In this document: positions 9,355 through 18,325 of the stretch, piece after piece
Numbering within the stretch: position 1 is the stretch's first letter
How the letters are laid out: every line of letters begins with the position of its first letter
Virus record (IMG/VR): IMGVR_UViG_3300043395_002432
Span: 64,001 to 128,000 of that record
DNA: 64,000 bases
Strand: one strand, 5' to 3'
DNA from: a virus
Program-made: the position numbers and the translations under genes
The notes under the pieces: generated by a model
What the model was told of the DNA's origin: nothing
The model's input: only the letters and a program-made list of their open reading frames with translations
Database searches by the model: none

Positions 9355-9813
9355 TCAGCGGACGAGGGAGCGGCGAGGACGAGGGGCAGGCTCGGGCTTG
9401 ACCTCAGTCACCTCGGGAGCGACCTCGGGAACCTCAGCGATCTCGCGGACTTCGGGCTTCGGCTCGGAAGGCTCCTCGACCTTCGGCTCGGGCTGCACCT
9501 CGGGCGGGGCAGACTGCTCGGGCTGCGGATCGGGCTGCTCCTCGAGCTTGACCGGCTCCACCAAGGAGAGGTCGACCAGCGACGGGGTGATCTCGACCGA
9601 CGCCGTCTCCGCCGTCTCGACACGAACCTCCACTACAGGAGCGACGGGAGCGGGAAGCTCCACCAAGTGGGTCTTCAGCCACATGCGCCATTCGACCGAC
9701 CCCTCGAAGACCTCGCCAGCCGCAAGGTGCCTGGACTCAGTGGGGCTGACCTCCAGACGGATCTTCTTGACCCCGGAAGGAACTGCCGAATGCTTCAGAC
9801 GATACAAGGGCAT
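9355..9813 (-). CDS. Pro/Glu-rich protein
   Basis: 152 aa with low-complexity PE-rich C-terminus, downstream of capsid gene. Confidence 0.6.
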   Translation of the reverse strand: MPLYRLKHSAVPSGVKKIRLEVSPTESRHLAAGEVFEGSVEWRMWLKTHLVELPAPVAPVVEVRVETAETASVEITPSLVDLSLVEPVKLEEQPDPQPEQSAPPEVQPEPKVEEPSEPKPEVREIAEVPEVAPEVTEVKPEPAPRPRRSLVR

Positions 9814-9871
9814 CTCTTATCTCCTCTTCCAGAGGTAACTCGACTATAAAGACCGGTCGAGCGCGGTGGGG

Positions 9872-9910
9872 AAAAAGGAAAAGGCGGAACGCATTCGAAT
9901 GCGTCCCGCC
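9872..9910 (-). terminator. intrinsic terminator after major capsid gene (stem includes a palindrome copy)
   Basis: Minus strand GGCGGGACGCATTCGAATGCGTTCCGCC-TTTTCCTTTTT. Confidence 0.8.
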
Positions 9911-9938
9911 CCCGCTCACCTCACGGTGAGGTCACCGA

Positions 9939-11396
9939 TCAGGCCAGGGTCGACAAGCCAGTGATCGAGAGCTTCCCGTAGAACTCGGGACGATGCACCT
10001 TGAGCGCGTTCCGGGTGATCACGCCGAACTTCTTCGTCATGGTCACGGGATCGACCTGCGTCACGACGCGGATCGGCATGTAGGGCGCGAAGATCGTGCC
10101 AGCCTCCTCCCAGGTCGAGCCACGGTAGCCGAGCAGAATGCGCTTGGTGGACGAACCCTCGTCCATGAACAGATCCTCGTAGACGACGTACTTGTTGTTG
10201 TACGTCCCCCACCGCTTGATCTGCGGGTTCTTCGACGCCACCGGCTCGACCCCGTCCGCCATCCCCGCGCCCTCGCGCTTCAGCGTCGCACGGTAGTTCT
10301 CATGCCCAGAGAGCTGGTCGATCAGGGCGATGATCTCCGGCCCAACCACAATGTAGTTGGGCGTGAAGCCGCGAGTGCGCTGCCGCACGCGAGCCGAGAT
10401 CTGATCCAGCTTCTTCAGGATGTTCAGGATGTTGTCCAGCTCCGTCACCGCCGTGGCAGAGTAGGCCAGCGTGTCCGTGGTCGAAGCCGCCGAGAGCTGG
10501 GCGTCGATGATCTGGCGATCCAGCTCGGTGGCGATCTGGATCGTCATCTCGTCGACGATCTCCTGCTCCGCGTCCGCACCAGTGTGCGAGCGGATCTCGT
10601 CCATCGCCTCGAAGGTGAGGCTGGCGCGCAGGCGGCGAGTCTGGGCCGTCATGGTCACAGCCTCGAACGCCAGGGTCGTCTCACCAACAGCGGACGAACC
10701 CTCCATGTTCTGGTAGTAGCTCGCCACGATGGCGTCGCCGTTGGTGGGCGCGGTGTTGAAGGTGACCCGGAAGGCACCCGTGCTGTAGTTGATCGTGCCG
10801 GTGCCGCCGTCGTCACCCACCAAGAGGCCAGAGCCGTCGTCGGTGAAGACCTCGGTGCCGTCCGTGATCACCACAGAGACGCCCGTGGTCGAGTTGTACG
10901 GACGAACCGGGAGCTGGAGCAGGCTGCCCGAGAAGATCTTGGTGGCCCCGTTACCCGTGCCAGCCGCCTCCTCCTCGACGTACTCGCTCGAGTAGTGGCG
11001 GGCGAAGGTCTGGTTCAGCGAGGTCGCCGCCGCGATGTTGCCACGAGCCGAGCCGGTCTTGTACGACCGAATGAAGACCTGAGCGGTCGGCTTGTTGATC
11101 GGTGACACCAAAGCCAGATCGAACGCGATCAGCTGACCCATCGTCTTGCGGATCAGCGGCAGCGTCATGGCCTGCCCGTTGCTGATCACCGAGGTCGTGG
11201 TGTCCTCGTTCAGCGAGTCGCCAGGGTTGTTCCTGAAGTTCTCCATCATGACGGCGAGCGCCTCGTCGCGCTTGGCATTCCAGCCCGCACGCCGATCCCC
11301 ACGCTCGTCCTTGAAGGGGCGATCCAGCGAACGAAGCTCGCCGTTCTTGCCCTCGATCAGGCTCTTCCACTCTTCCACCAAGTTGTTCCGCGCCAT
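9939..11396 (-). CDS. major capsid protein (gp23-like)
   Basis: 485 aa; LPLIRK..LIAFDL..V.P..PT..VF, TAQTRRLRA..T.E...DAEQE, IATELDRQII, LLGYRG...EAG.IFAPYMP, GVITR. Confidence 0.95.
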   Translation of the reverse strand: MARNNLVEEWKSLIEGKNGELRSLDRPFKDERGDRRAGWNAKRDEALAVMMENFRNNPGDSLNEDTTTSVISNGQAMTLPLIRKTMGQLIAFDLALVSPINKPTAQVFIRSYKTGSARGNIAAATSLNQTFARHYSSEYVEEEAAGTGNGATKIFSGSLLQLPVRPYNSTTGVSVVITDGTEVFTDDGSGLLVGDDGGTGTINYSTGAFRVTFNTAPTNGDAIVASYYQNMEGSSAVGETTLAFEAVTMTAQTRRLRASLTFEAMDEIRSHTGADAEQEIVDEMTIQIATELDRQIIDAQLSAASTTDTLAYSATAVTELDNILNILKKLDQISARVRQRTRGFTPNYIVVGPEIIALIDQLSGHENYRATLKREGAGMADGVEPVASKNPQIKRWGTYNNKYVVYEDLFMDEGSSTKRILLGYRGSTWEEAGTIFAPYMPIRVVTQVDPVTMTKKFGVITRNALKVHRPEFYGKLSITGLSTLA

Positions 11397-11504
11397 TGTT
11401 CGTTCTCCTCTGTTCGCTGTAGAATCGGTCTGCTAAAAACGTGCAAGCCTCAGAAGCGAGCTTTTTCAGTCGGGAACGAATTCGAATTCGACGCACCAAC
11501 GAGA

Positions 11505-11531
11505 TGAGGAGAGGGGATCTCCCTCTCCTCA
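11505..11531. other. GC-rich hairpin between protease and capsid genes
   Basis: TGAGGAGAGGG-GATCT-CCCTCTCCTCA; no clear U-tract. Confidence 0.5.
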
Positions 11532-11556
11532 GCGTACTCTGGCTGCTCTTGGTGCC

Positions 11557-13860
11557 TTACTGCTTGGGCGCGACCATGCGTGCGAGGAGATCCTGAGCGT
11601 AGTTCAGGTCAGCCTTGCTCAGCGGCTGCTCTTGCGCGGGGCGAGAGACCTCCTCCTCAATGCGCTCGGCAGGAGCGACTCCCTTGAAGGAAGGCTCGGG
11701 GCTTGGTGCGTTCTGCAACCGAGCCTCCACGCTCTCCTCGAGCCTGCTCTCGCGGGCTGGGGCAAGGCTTTCCATGAGGTGCTTCACCCCCTCAGGCGTG
11801 TCGAGCTTCTGGATTCGAGCCTGGAGCGCGAAGCGATCCGGGCGAGTAGCGACGCTCAGGATCGCGCTCTTCTGCTCCTCCAAGAGCTGGCTCCGCGACT
11901 CCGCTGCCTCGATCCGCTTGGTGGCAGCAGCCTCCACCAACTGGAGCCGCTCCGCATGCGTGGTGCGCGCCTCCTCCATCTGCCGCTTCATCGCGGAGAC
12001 CTCAGCCTGGAAGCGATCCCGATCCGACTTCACCTCGGCAAGCTCGGTCTCGAGCTTCGAGAATGACTCAATCGTCTCGGAGATAGCTCCCCGCATCCGA
12101 GCGAGATCGTCCTGAAGTGTCTTGCGGGCCGCTTCCACAGATGCCTTCTCGACGTTGGCAATGGCGAGGTTCTCGCGGTGCCGCTGGATCTCCTCTCGGG
12201 CCGTGGCCAGATCCGCCTCGACCGCCTCAAGGCGAGCCTGCCAACGCTCGCCAGCACGCGCCTCGATGTCGACCCGCTCTCCAGAGAGGCGCTCCAGCAC
12301 CAGCTTCTTCAGCGCCTCCTCGGGGGTGCCGATCTCGGGAGTGGCGAAGATCTGCTCCAGCCGATCCTTCACCACGGCCTCGGTGAGCTTCGGCCCCATG
12401 AGCGTGCGGATCAGATCCGTCTTCGGGTGCGCCCCCGTCTGGCGCAGCATGAGGTTCTCCGCCCGGAGAGACTCGATCTGCTCCACCAAGCGCCGGTTCC
12501 GATCCTGTGCCTGGAGGTTCTTGAACTCCTCCCGCACCAACGCGTCCGTCAAGGACTCCACCCGATCCCGACTCTCGAGGAGCGCAGCCGCCTGAGGGCT
12601 GTTGACCAGCGGCTCAAGGTGCGGACGAATCGCCTCCACGATCCGAAGGGCAGCCATGACGCGAGGATCTTGGCTCGAGACCTGCGAGAGCGCCTGCTTG
12701 CGCCCAAGCGCATGCGCTTCTGCCGTCGCCTCCTCCATGCGCGTCCGCATCTCCGCGATCACCAGCTCCCGAGCCGACGAGATCGAATTCGCCAACGCGT
12801 CCCGCTCAGCGGTGACCTGCTCCAGGGTCAGCCGCCCCTCCGCCAGCAAGGTGGCCGACTCGTTCTTGGTGGTGGCATTCTCCTCAGTCAGCGTGCGAAT
12901 CCGCTCCTCACGCCCTTGCAGTTCCGTCTCCATCTCAGCGATCTTGGCGACCTTCGCGTCAAGGTCAGCCTGAGCCTCCTCCAAGCGAGCGCGCACCAAA
13001 CGATCCCGCTCCACGTCCCGCTCGTTGAGCTTGGCGATCTCCTCCTGAAGCGCACGAAGCTCTGCCCCCGCGTCCTCCTTCACGTCCTCCCTCACGTCCT
13101 CCTTCGTCTCTCCCAGCGTCTCCTGCGCCTCAGCCTGCGCCTCCGAGACCACTTCAGCGGCCTCAGGCTTAGCTTCGACCGCCTCCGCTACCTCCTCAGC
13201 GTCCTTGGTGCCAATGAGCTTGCGAACCACGTCGTCCGCCTCAAGCAAATCCCCCGCGATCATGTCCTTGGCCGCTTCGAGCAGAAACGGATTGTCGGAG
13301 AGAATTTGCCGCATCTTGACCTCGTCCGCCTCGACTTCGCGGATCGACTCGTTGAGCGACTCCGCAAGCGGATACGCGGTCTTCACCGAAGGGTCGACCA
13401 CGAAGTCGAAGGTCTTGAGGCGCAGATCCTCATTGACGTAGTCGGCGTCCCCCCTGCGCGTCACGCTCCCCGAGGCGCGAGAGGAGATCCCCACGGCAGC
13501 GTTCGCCTCGATCAGCGCCTGCATGATCTTGCCGCCAGGGGTGTTCAGGATCACGCAGGAACCCTCGATCACCCCGTCCTCGCGGATCTTCAGATCCTCG
13601 ATGAGGTGGCTCACGCGCCAGAGCGAGGTCTTCCCCTCGGCAGGATGATCCAGCTCACCAAGCATGCGCCTCTTGGTGAGATCCTCGGAGGCGAGCTTGA
13701 GCGCATTCTCCATGATGCGCCGCTCGTAGATCCGCCCGTTCTGGTTCTTCGCGTCGACCCGACCAAACTCCCCCTTGACGCGAATCAAGCCAGCCGGGGT
13801 GCGCGCCTCCACAATGCTCAGAACCTGATCCGCCACCCGCTCGTAGAGTGTCTCCATCAT
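11557..13860 (-). CDS. prohead protease (gp21-like) fused to a long coiled-coil scaffold
   Basis: KNQNGRIY, LGELDHP, VSH.I, ILNTP.G, VGISSR.SGS, FDFV.DPS..AYP; followed by about 550 aa of Glu-rich coiled coil. Confidence 0.9.
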   Translation of the reverse strand: MMETLYERVADQVLSIVEARTPAGLIRVKGEFGRVDAKNQNGRIYERRIMENALKLASEDLTKRRMLGELDHPAEGKTSLWRVSHLIEDLKIREDGVIEGSCVILNTPGGKIMQALIEANAAVGISSRASGSVTRRGDADYVNEDLRLKTFDFVVDPSVKTAYPLAESLNESIREVEADEVKMRQILSDNPFLLEAAKDMIAGDLLEADDVVRKLIGTKDAEEVAEAVEAKPEAAEVVSEAQAEAQETLGETKEDVREDVKEDAGAELRALQEEIAKLNERDVERDRLVRARLEEAQADLDAKVAKIAEMETELQGREERIRTLTEENATTKNESATLLAEGRLTLEQVTAERDALANSISSARELVIAEMRTRMEEATAEAHALGRKQALSQVSSQDPRVMAALRIVEAIRPHLEPLVNSPQAAALLESRDRVESLTDALVREEFKNLQAQDRNRRLVEQIESLRAENLMLRQTGAHPKTDLIRTLMGPKLTEAVVKDRLEQIFATPEIGTPEEALKKLVLERLSGERVDIEARAGERWQARLEAVEADLATAREEIQRHRENLAIANVEKASVEAARKTLQDDLARMRGAISETIESFSKLETELAEVKSDRDRFQAEVSAMKRQMEEARTTHAERLQLVEAAATKRIEAAESRSQLLEEQKSAILSVATRPDRFALQARIQKLDTPEGVKHLMESLAPARESRLEESVEARLQNAPSPEPSFKGVAPAERIEEEVSRPAQEQPLSKADLNYAQDLLARMVAPKQ

Positions 13861-13902
13861 TCGTTTCCTCTCTCTTGAGCTTAGCTGCTCGAACGTGATC
13901 TG

Positions 13903-13950
13903 CCAAAAGAAGGTAGGGCTGGCGACGAATTCGACTTCGCCACCAGCCCC
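13903..13950 (-). terminator. hairpin/terminator containing a palindrome copy
   Basis: Minus strand GGGCTGGTGGCGAA-GTCGAA-TTCGTCGCCAGCCC-TACCTTCTTTT. Confidence 0.45.
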
Positions 13951-13991
13951 GCCTTCCCTTCCCTTTCCCCCCTTCCCTTGCTCTTCCCTTG

Positions 13992-14171
13992 TCACCGCTT
14001 CTTGCGCCGGAAGGGCAGCCTCCAGAGGAGGCTCCGTCGTCTCTTGGATTCTGGGCTTTCTCTCCGATCCGAGATCCGTTCCTGATCGGGCCTTACCTGC
14101 GCTCTGAGATCCAGAGGGGTGTACCCGATCTTCCGCCGCACCTCAGACCGAGAGAACTCGCTCAGTTTCCC
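13992..14171 (-). CDS. basic C-terminal extension reachable by -1 frameshift (or independent 49-aa ORF from GTG 14141)
   Basis: The -1 frame is open from GGGAAAC (14165-14171) to TGA at 13992: GKLSEFSRSEVRRKIGYTPLDLRAQ...WRLPFRRKKR. Confidence 0.5.
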   Translation of the reverse strand, partial: GKLSEFSRSEVRRKIGYTPLDLRAQVRPDQERISDRRESPESKRRRSLLWRLPFRRKKR

Positions 14172-15145
14172 TCAGGCAGCTCCACCGCCGCCAAGAACGC
14201 AGGCCGGAGCGGCACCACCGTGTCGATCTCCTTCGCCAGCGCCTGAAGCACCGAGAGGCGGTTCAGGATCGGCGCAAGGTGCGCTGCCTTGTTCCACTCG
14301 CCCAGCACCGACTCCTCGAGGGTCTTGTCGCAGCCCGCCACCAAGGACTCCGCGATCTGCCCGTGGCCCTGAAGCTCGGAGAGGTTCGAGGTCTCGATGA
14401 TCGCCTGGATCTTGTCGGCACACTCCGCAATGGCGAGGTTCAAGGTGCCAGCCGCCTCGAACAGCGCGAAGTCGAGAGGGTCGACCGGGGTCGTGGCGGG
14501 AGCCGCAGACTCGTTCAGGAGCGCCCGCAGGGCCGCGACTGACTCGTTCTTCGGAGCAGGAGCCGCAGCCTTCTTGAGGTGCAGCTTCGCCCGCAGCTTC
14601 GCCACCTTCTTCATGTGGCGCTTGGTGGAAGCCTTGCGGCGGTATACCTTCGCATACCGCTTGCGATCCGAGCGGTGCCGACGCCGCAGGAGCTTCGCCT
14701 TCATCTTCTCGGCACCCTTCAGGATGCGCTGCTTCACCTTCTTCAGCGAGCCACCCACCAAGCGCCGGATGAGCTTGAACGCCTCATCGAGGGACGCACC
14801 AGAGGCGACCGCCTGGGCGACCTTCTCGGTGATGTTCGCCTTCACGGCGTTGCGATCCTTGTCCTCGACCGCCTGCTCGGAGAGGATCACGTCGCTGGCA
14901 TACGCGGCGTCCACCATCTCCATGAGCGCGTCCACGACCTCGGCGGAGGTCTTGAAGCGAGACTCGGGCAGGACAATCGGGTCGTCCTGCTTGGTGGCCG
15001 CAGGCTCGGTCGAAGCGGTGGCGGCGGCTGGGGCGTCCGTGGTCTGCCGCTCCTCGGTCAGGGGCTTGGTGGCCACAGGCTCAGCCTGCTTGATCCCCAT
15101 GAAGCGCATGGCGCTCGCGGTCAGCTTGTCCTTGTCGATGCTCAT
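14162..15145 (-). CDS. prohead core protein (gp67/gp68-like)
   Basis: Between portal and protease genes; very basic block (LDEAFKLIRRLVGG...RRRHRSDRKRYAKVYRRK) flanked by many (L/I)xE sites. Confidence 0.6.
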   Translation of the reverse strand: MSIDKDKLTASAMRFMGIKQAEPVATKPLTEERQTTDAPAAATASTEPAATKQDDPIVLPESRFKTSAEVVDALMEMVDAAYASDVILSEQAVEDKDRNAVKANITEKVAQAVASGASLDEAFKLIRRLVGGSLKKVKQRILKGAEKMKAKLLRRRHRSDRKRYAKVYRRKASTKRHMKKVAKLRAKLHLKKAAAPAPKNESVAALRALLNESAAPATTPVDPLDFALFEAAGTLNLAIAECADKIQAIIETSNLSELQGHGQIAESLVAGCDKTLEESVLGEWNKAAHLAPILNRLSVLQALAKEIDTVVPLRPAFLAAVELPEGN

Positions 15146-15155
15146 CTCAACTCCC

Positions 15156-15896
15156 TCATCTAAGGAGATGCTTACCGATATACACAAAATCGGCAAGGCG
15201 AGCGCCCAGGAGATCGTGGATCGCCACCTGCTCGTAGAGACTCAAGGCTCGAATCTCCTCTCGGGATGGCAAGGCGTCGAGCGTGCGGTGCATCGACGCC
15301 ACCAAGCGGTCGAGCGCGGGTCGAAGGGCTGGAGGAGCTTGAGGAGAGATCGGAGGGGAAGATGCTTGATACCGCTCGATCAGCCCCAGGATCTTCGACT
15401 CGACGATCTTCTGGAATCGAGCGGGATTTCGATCCTTCAGAACGAATTCGGCGCTCTCGAATTCCTCACTCTGGAGGTTGATCTCTCCCCAGGCGCTCTT
15501 GGTGAGGACTTCCTCCACACGCTCGAAGCAAGAGGGGATCGGGGTCTTCAGTCCTTCCTCCACAGCCTTCTTGGTGAAGTACCTCAAGGCTTCTTGAACC
15601 CAAGCCGACGCAGCCTCTCCACCCCAAAGCGCGAACGACACCCGAGCCGGATTCGGATAGCCCTCCTCTCCCTCGTGGAATCCCTTCGTCGTCTTCCACC
15701 CCTTGGTGCGAGCCAAGAAGCGATACATCCGATTCGCCTTCTCCTCGGAGAGCGGATCGCCCTTCAGAAGCGCACGCGCCTCGCGGACAGTCTGATCCTC
15801 CAAGCCGTCCCCACTCAGCCCCGCCTCATGCCACCGAAGCCCCTGCTCCAACTCGGCCAGCACCTCCTTTGGTGCAAGCAAGATCGAATCGCTCAT
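15156..15896 (-). CDS. conserved-looking phage head-region protein
   Basis: RMYRFLAR...GYP.P.RVSFALWGG.A...W motif; function unknown. Confidence 0.6.
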   Translation of the reverse strand: MSDSILLAPKEVLAELEQGLRWHEAGLSGDGLEDQTVREARALLKGDPLSEEKANRMYRFLARTKGWKTTKGFHEGEEGYPNPARVSFALWGGEAASAWVQEALRYFTKKAVEEGLKTPIPSCFERVEEVLTKSAWGEINLQSEEFESAEFVLKDRNPARFQKIVESKILGLIERYQASSPPISPQAPPALRPALDRLVASMHRTLDALPSREEIRALSLYEQVAIHDLLGARLADFVYIGKHLLR

Positions 15897-15923
15897 GTTC
15901 TCCTCCAACGAATTCGAATTCGT

Positions 15924-17780
15924 TCACTCCTCGCGCCGACGCGATCTCCGATCCTGCTCATTGCGAATCCCGGTGAGGATCTTGGTGCGCCGGATCTCCT
16001 TTCGAAGCTGGATCAGCTCTCGCTCGAGCTTGAGCAACCGCGCCCGCTCCTGATCTCGACGAAGGCGCTCCGCCTTCTCGTCCGCACCAAGACGCCGAAT
16101 CTCTCGAAGGAGCGTAGAGGACGTCGAAGCGTCGAGCGGATCGCGCTCAGTGAGGATCTTCTTGATCATCGGGTCAAGCACTGACTCTTGCGGTTCCTCG
16201 GGCATAGCTGCCTGCTGTGCCGCCATGATCTGCCCTTGTGCGCTTGCCTCGAGTTCCGCTTGCATGGCAGCAGCAGCACGATCCGCCTTCTCCTTCGCCT
16301 TGGTGACCTCACGCGCCTCCTGTTCAGAGAGACCGAACGCACGACGCAGAATGTCGTCCTTGGGAAAGAAGTCCACCATGCGGCTCGCAAGATCCGCCTT
16401 CGCGCTTAGCGCCTCGATCTGCGCCAGCTCGTTGATCTGCGACGGGGGCGTCATGTGAATGCTCCACTTCACCGCATCCGGGTCAATGCCCTTGGCAGTC
16501 AGGTGGTAGCGGCAGATCATGGACACGCCCGCGAGGATCTCGTTCTGAATTCGCTCCACGGTCGAAGCAAAGCGTGAGTCAAGCTGCGCGAGTGAAGCGC
16601 GAGTGTCGCCCTCTTCGAGCGAAAGATACGCCCGAGGAATCTTGAGCTTCGCCAAGACGTGCTTCAGGAAGTACTCAAGATCCTCGGTGTTCTGCCAATC
16701 CGCACCAGAGAGCATCTCGATCTCGGTGCTACGCTTCCCGTTCGAGGTCGCCACGAAGAAGTTCTCTTCTTGCCCAAGCGGGGAGGCGCGAAAGTCGATC
16801 TTCCCGTCAGGAGTCACAAACCGCTTCTTGGTGAGCATCGTCTTGGCGTTCTGAATGTGCGCCTGCGCCTGCTGCGTCGTCTTGCTGGTGGTGTCGATGT
16901 AAAAGACGAAGCGAGCGGGTGAGCGCGTGAGCTTGTAGACAATGGCCGAGTCCTCGAGCAGGGTCAGCCGACGCCACGCCCAGATCGCGTCATGCAGGAT
17001 TCCGTACCCGTAGACCGAGCTGCTCTCCCGAAGCCTCCAGTGAATGACCTCCCACGGCTCAAATGGCACCAAGCCCGTCGCACGAAGCTGCTCTTGGAGC
17101 TTCTGGTGGAAGAGCAACATGCTCCGAATGTCCTTGCTGTTTGGCTCAGGGATCGGCTTCTTCTTGATCTCCTGATACAGCACGGACGCCTGAACGTAAG
17201 CCTCCAACGAAAGCGTCCGCGAGGACAGTAGCTGTGCGAATCCAAGGTGCTTCCCGAGATCCGTCTCTACGCGGCGCATGCTGGAGGTCGGAAGGGGGCG
17301 AAAGCCCGCCACTCCCTCCTGCGAGTACGCGATCTCCGAGAAGCGATTTCCGTACAGGCAGAGCAGGCGAGCCGTCGAACGGAGGTCGTCCCCGATCTTG
17401 AGCCGATCCAAAAGGTCGTTCAGCTCCTTCTGAATTCCCTCATGCTCAGAGACGCACCAGACCTTGCGGTTCTGGAGGTGATCCTTCTTGGTGCTGTCGT
17501 CAGCGTAAATATCCAACGCCGTCGACAGCACGGGGTACTCGGACATGGCCTCGTAGTCCGCATACCGATTCTGCAGGTCGATCTGCTGGCCAAAGGCGGA
17601 AGACAGGCCACCAAAGGGAGAGGCGGTCTGAAAGGGATGCTCCAGACCGTAAAAGCGGGGGGCGGGTTCCTCAGCACCAAGACCAGCCCCCTTAGGAAGC
17701 TCCTTGGTGGTTTCCTTGACGGAAGCCTTAGGAGCCTCCAGAAGGAGGCTCTGTCCCACGATCTTGCTGAACCAGCTCAT
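15924..17780 (-). CDS. portal protein (gp20-like)
   Basis: YEAM..YP....ALDIYADD, YGYGIL, LLEDSAIVYKLTRSPAR.VFYID, EENFFV, TEIE.L.G, EDLEYF, LKIP..YL, RF...V.RIQ. Confidence 0.95.
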   Translation of the reverse strand: MSWFSKIVGQSLLLEAPKASVKETTKELPKGAGLGAEEPAPRFYGLEHPFQTASPFGGLSSAFGQQIDLQNRYADYEAMSEYPVLSTALDIYADDSTKKDHLQNRKVWCVSEHEGIQKELNDLLDRLKIGDDLRSTARLLCLYGNRFSEIAYSQEGVAGFRPLPTSSMRRVETDLGKHLGFAQLLSSRTLSLEAYVQASVLYQEIKKKPIPEPNSKDIRSMLLFHQKLQEQLRATGLVPFEPWEVIHWRLRESSSVYGYGILHDAIWAWRRLTLLEDSAIVYKLTRSPARFVFYIDTTSKTTQQAQAHIQNAKTMLTKKRFVTPDGKIDFRASPLGQEENFFVATSNGKRSTEIEMLSGADWQNTEDLEYFLKHVLAKLKIPRAYLSLEEGDTRASLAQLDSRFASTVERIQNEILAGVSMICRYHLTAKGIDPDAVKWSIHMTPPSQINELAQIEALSAKADLASRMVDFFPKDDILRRAFGLSEQEAREVTKAKEKADRAAAAMQAELEASAQGQIMAAQQAAMPEEPQESVLDPMIKKILTERDPLDASTSSTLLREIRRLGADEKAERLRRDQERARLLKLERELIQLRKEIRRTKILTGIRNEQDRRSRRREE

Positions 17781-17820
17781 GCCCTGAGCTTACCCCACAC
17801 GGGGCAGTCGAGCGACTACT

Positions 17821-18285
17821 TCAGCTCCCCTGGAAGGGCTGGAGATCCTCGGGGACGTCGAAGAACTCCAGAGACTCATAGGCACGATCCTCGTCCTCAA
17901 GGCGGGTGAGGTCGTCCCGGTCGTCCTCAGCGTCGTCGTCGCCACGCCAGCCGTCGATCCCCATTTGGATCTGGTCGACCGCCTCTTGCAGCGTCGCTGC
18001 GCTGGCGACCGGGCAGGTGAACACCCAGCGATCCGTCGACACCGGATTGACGCGGATCGTGACCGCCTCAATCCAGTGGTCGGGGGAAGACCAGGGGAGA
18101 ATGCCGACCGCGATCACGCCGAGGTCGAATTCGGCGCGCAGGCCGAGCTGGTCGGCGCGCATGAAGTGCCACACGCGCTCACGCTGAGCGCGCTCATGGA
18201 GCGCCTCAGTGGTGAGGTGGATCGGGGCCGCGCTCGTCAGCGCGAGGGTGGCGGGGATCGAGGCGAGGGGGTTGGCGGTCGTCAT
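17821..18285 (-). CDS. hypothetical protein
   Basis: ORF with acidic C-terminus. Confidence 0.55.
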   Translation of the reverse strand: MTTANPLASIPATLALTSAAPIHLTTEALHERAQRERVWHFMRADQLGLRAEFDLGVIAVGILPWSSPDHWIEAVTIRVNPVSTDRWVFTCPVASAATLQEAVDQIQMGIDGWRGDDDAEDDRDDLTRLEDEDRAYESLEFFDVPEDLQPFQGS

Positions 18286-18325
18286 GCCCCTCATGTATCC
18301 CCAGCCTCATGGCTTGCCAGACCCC

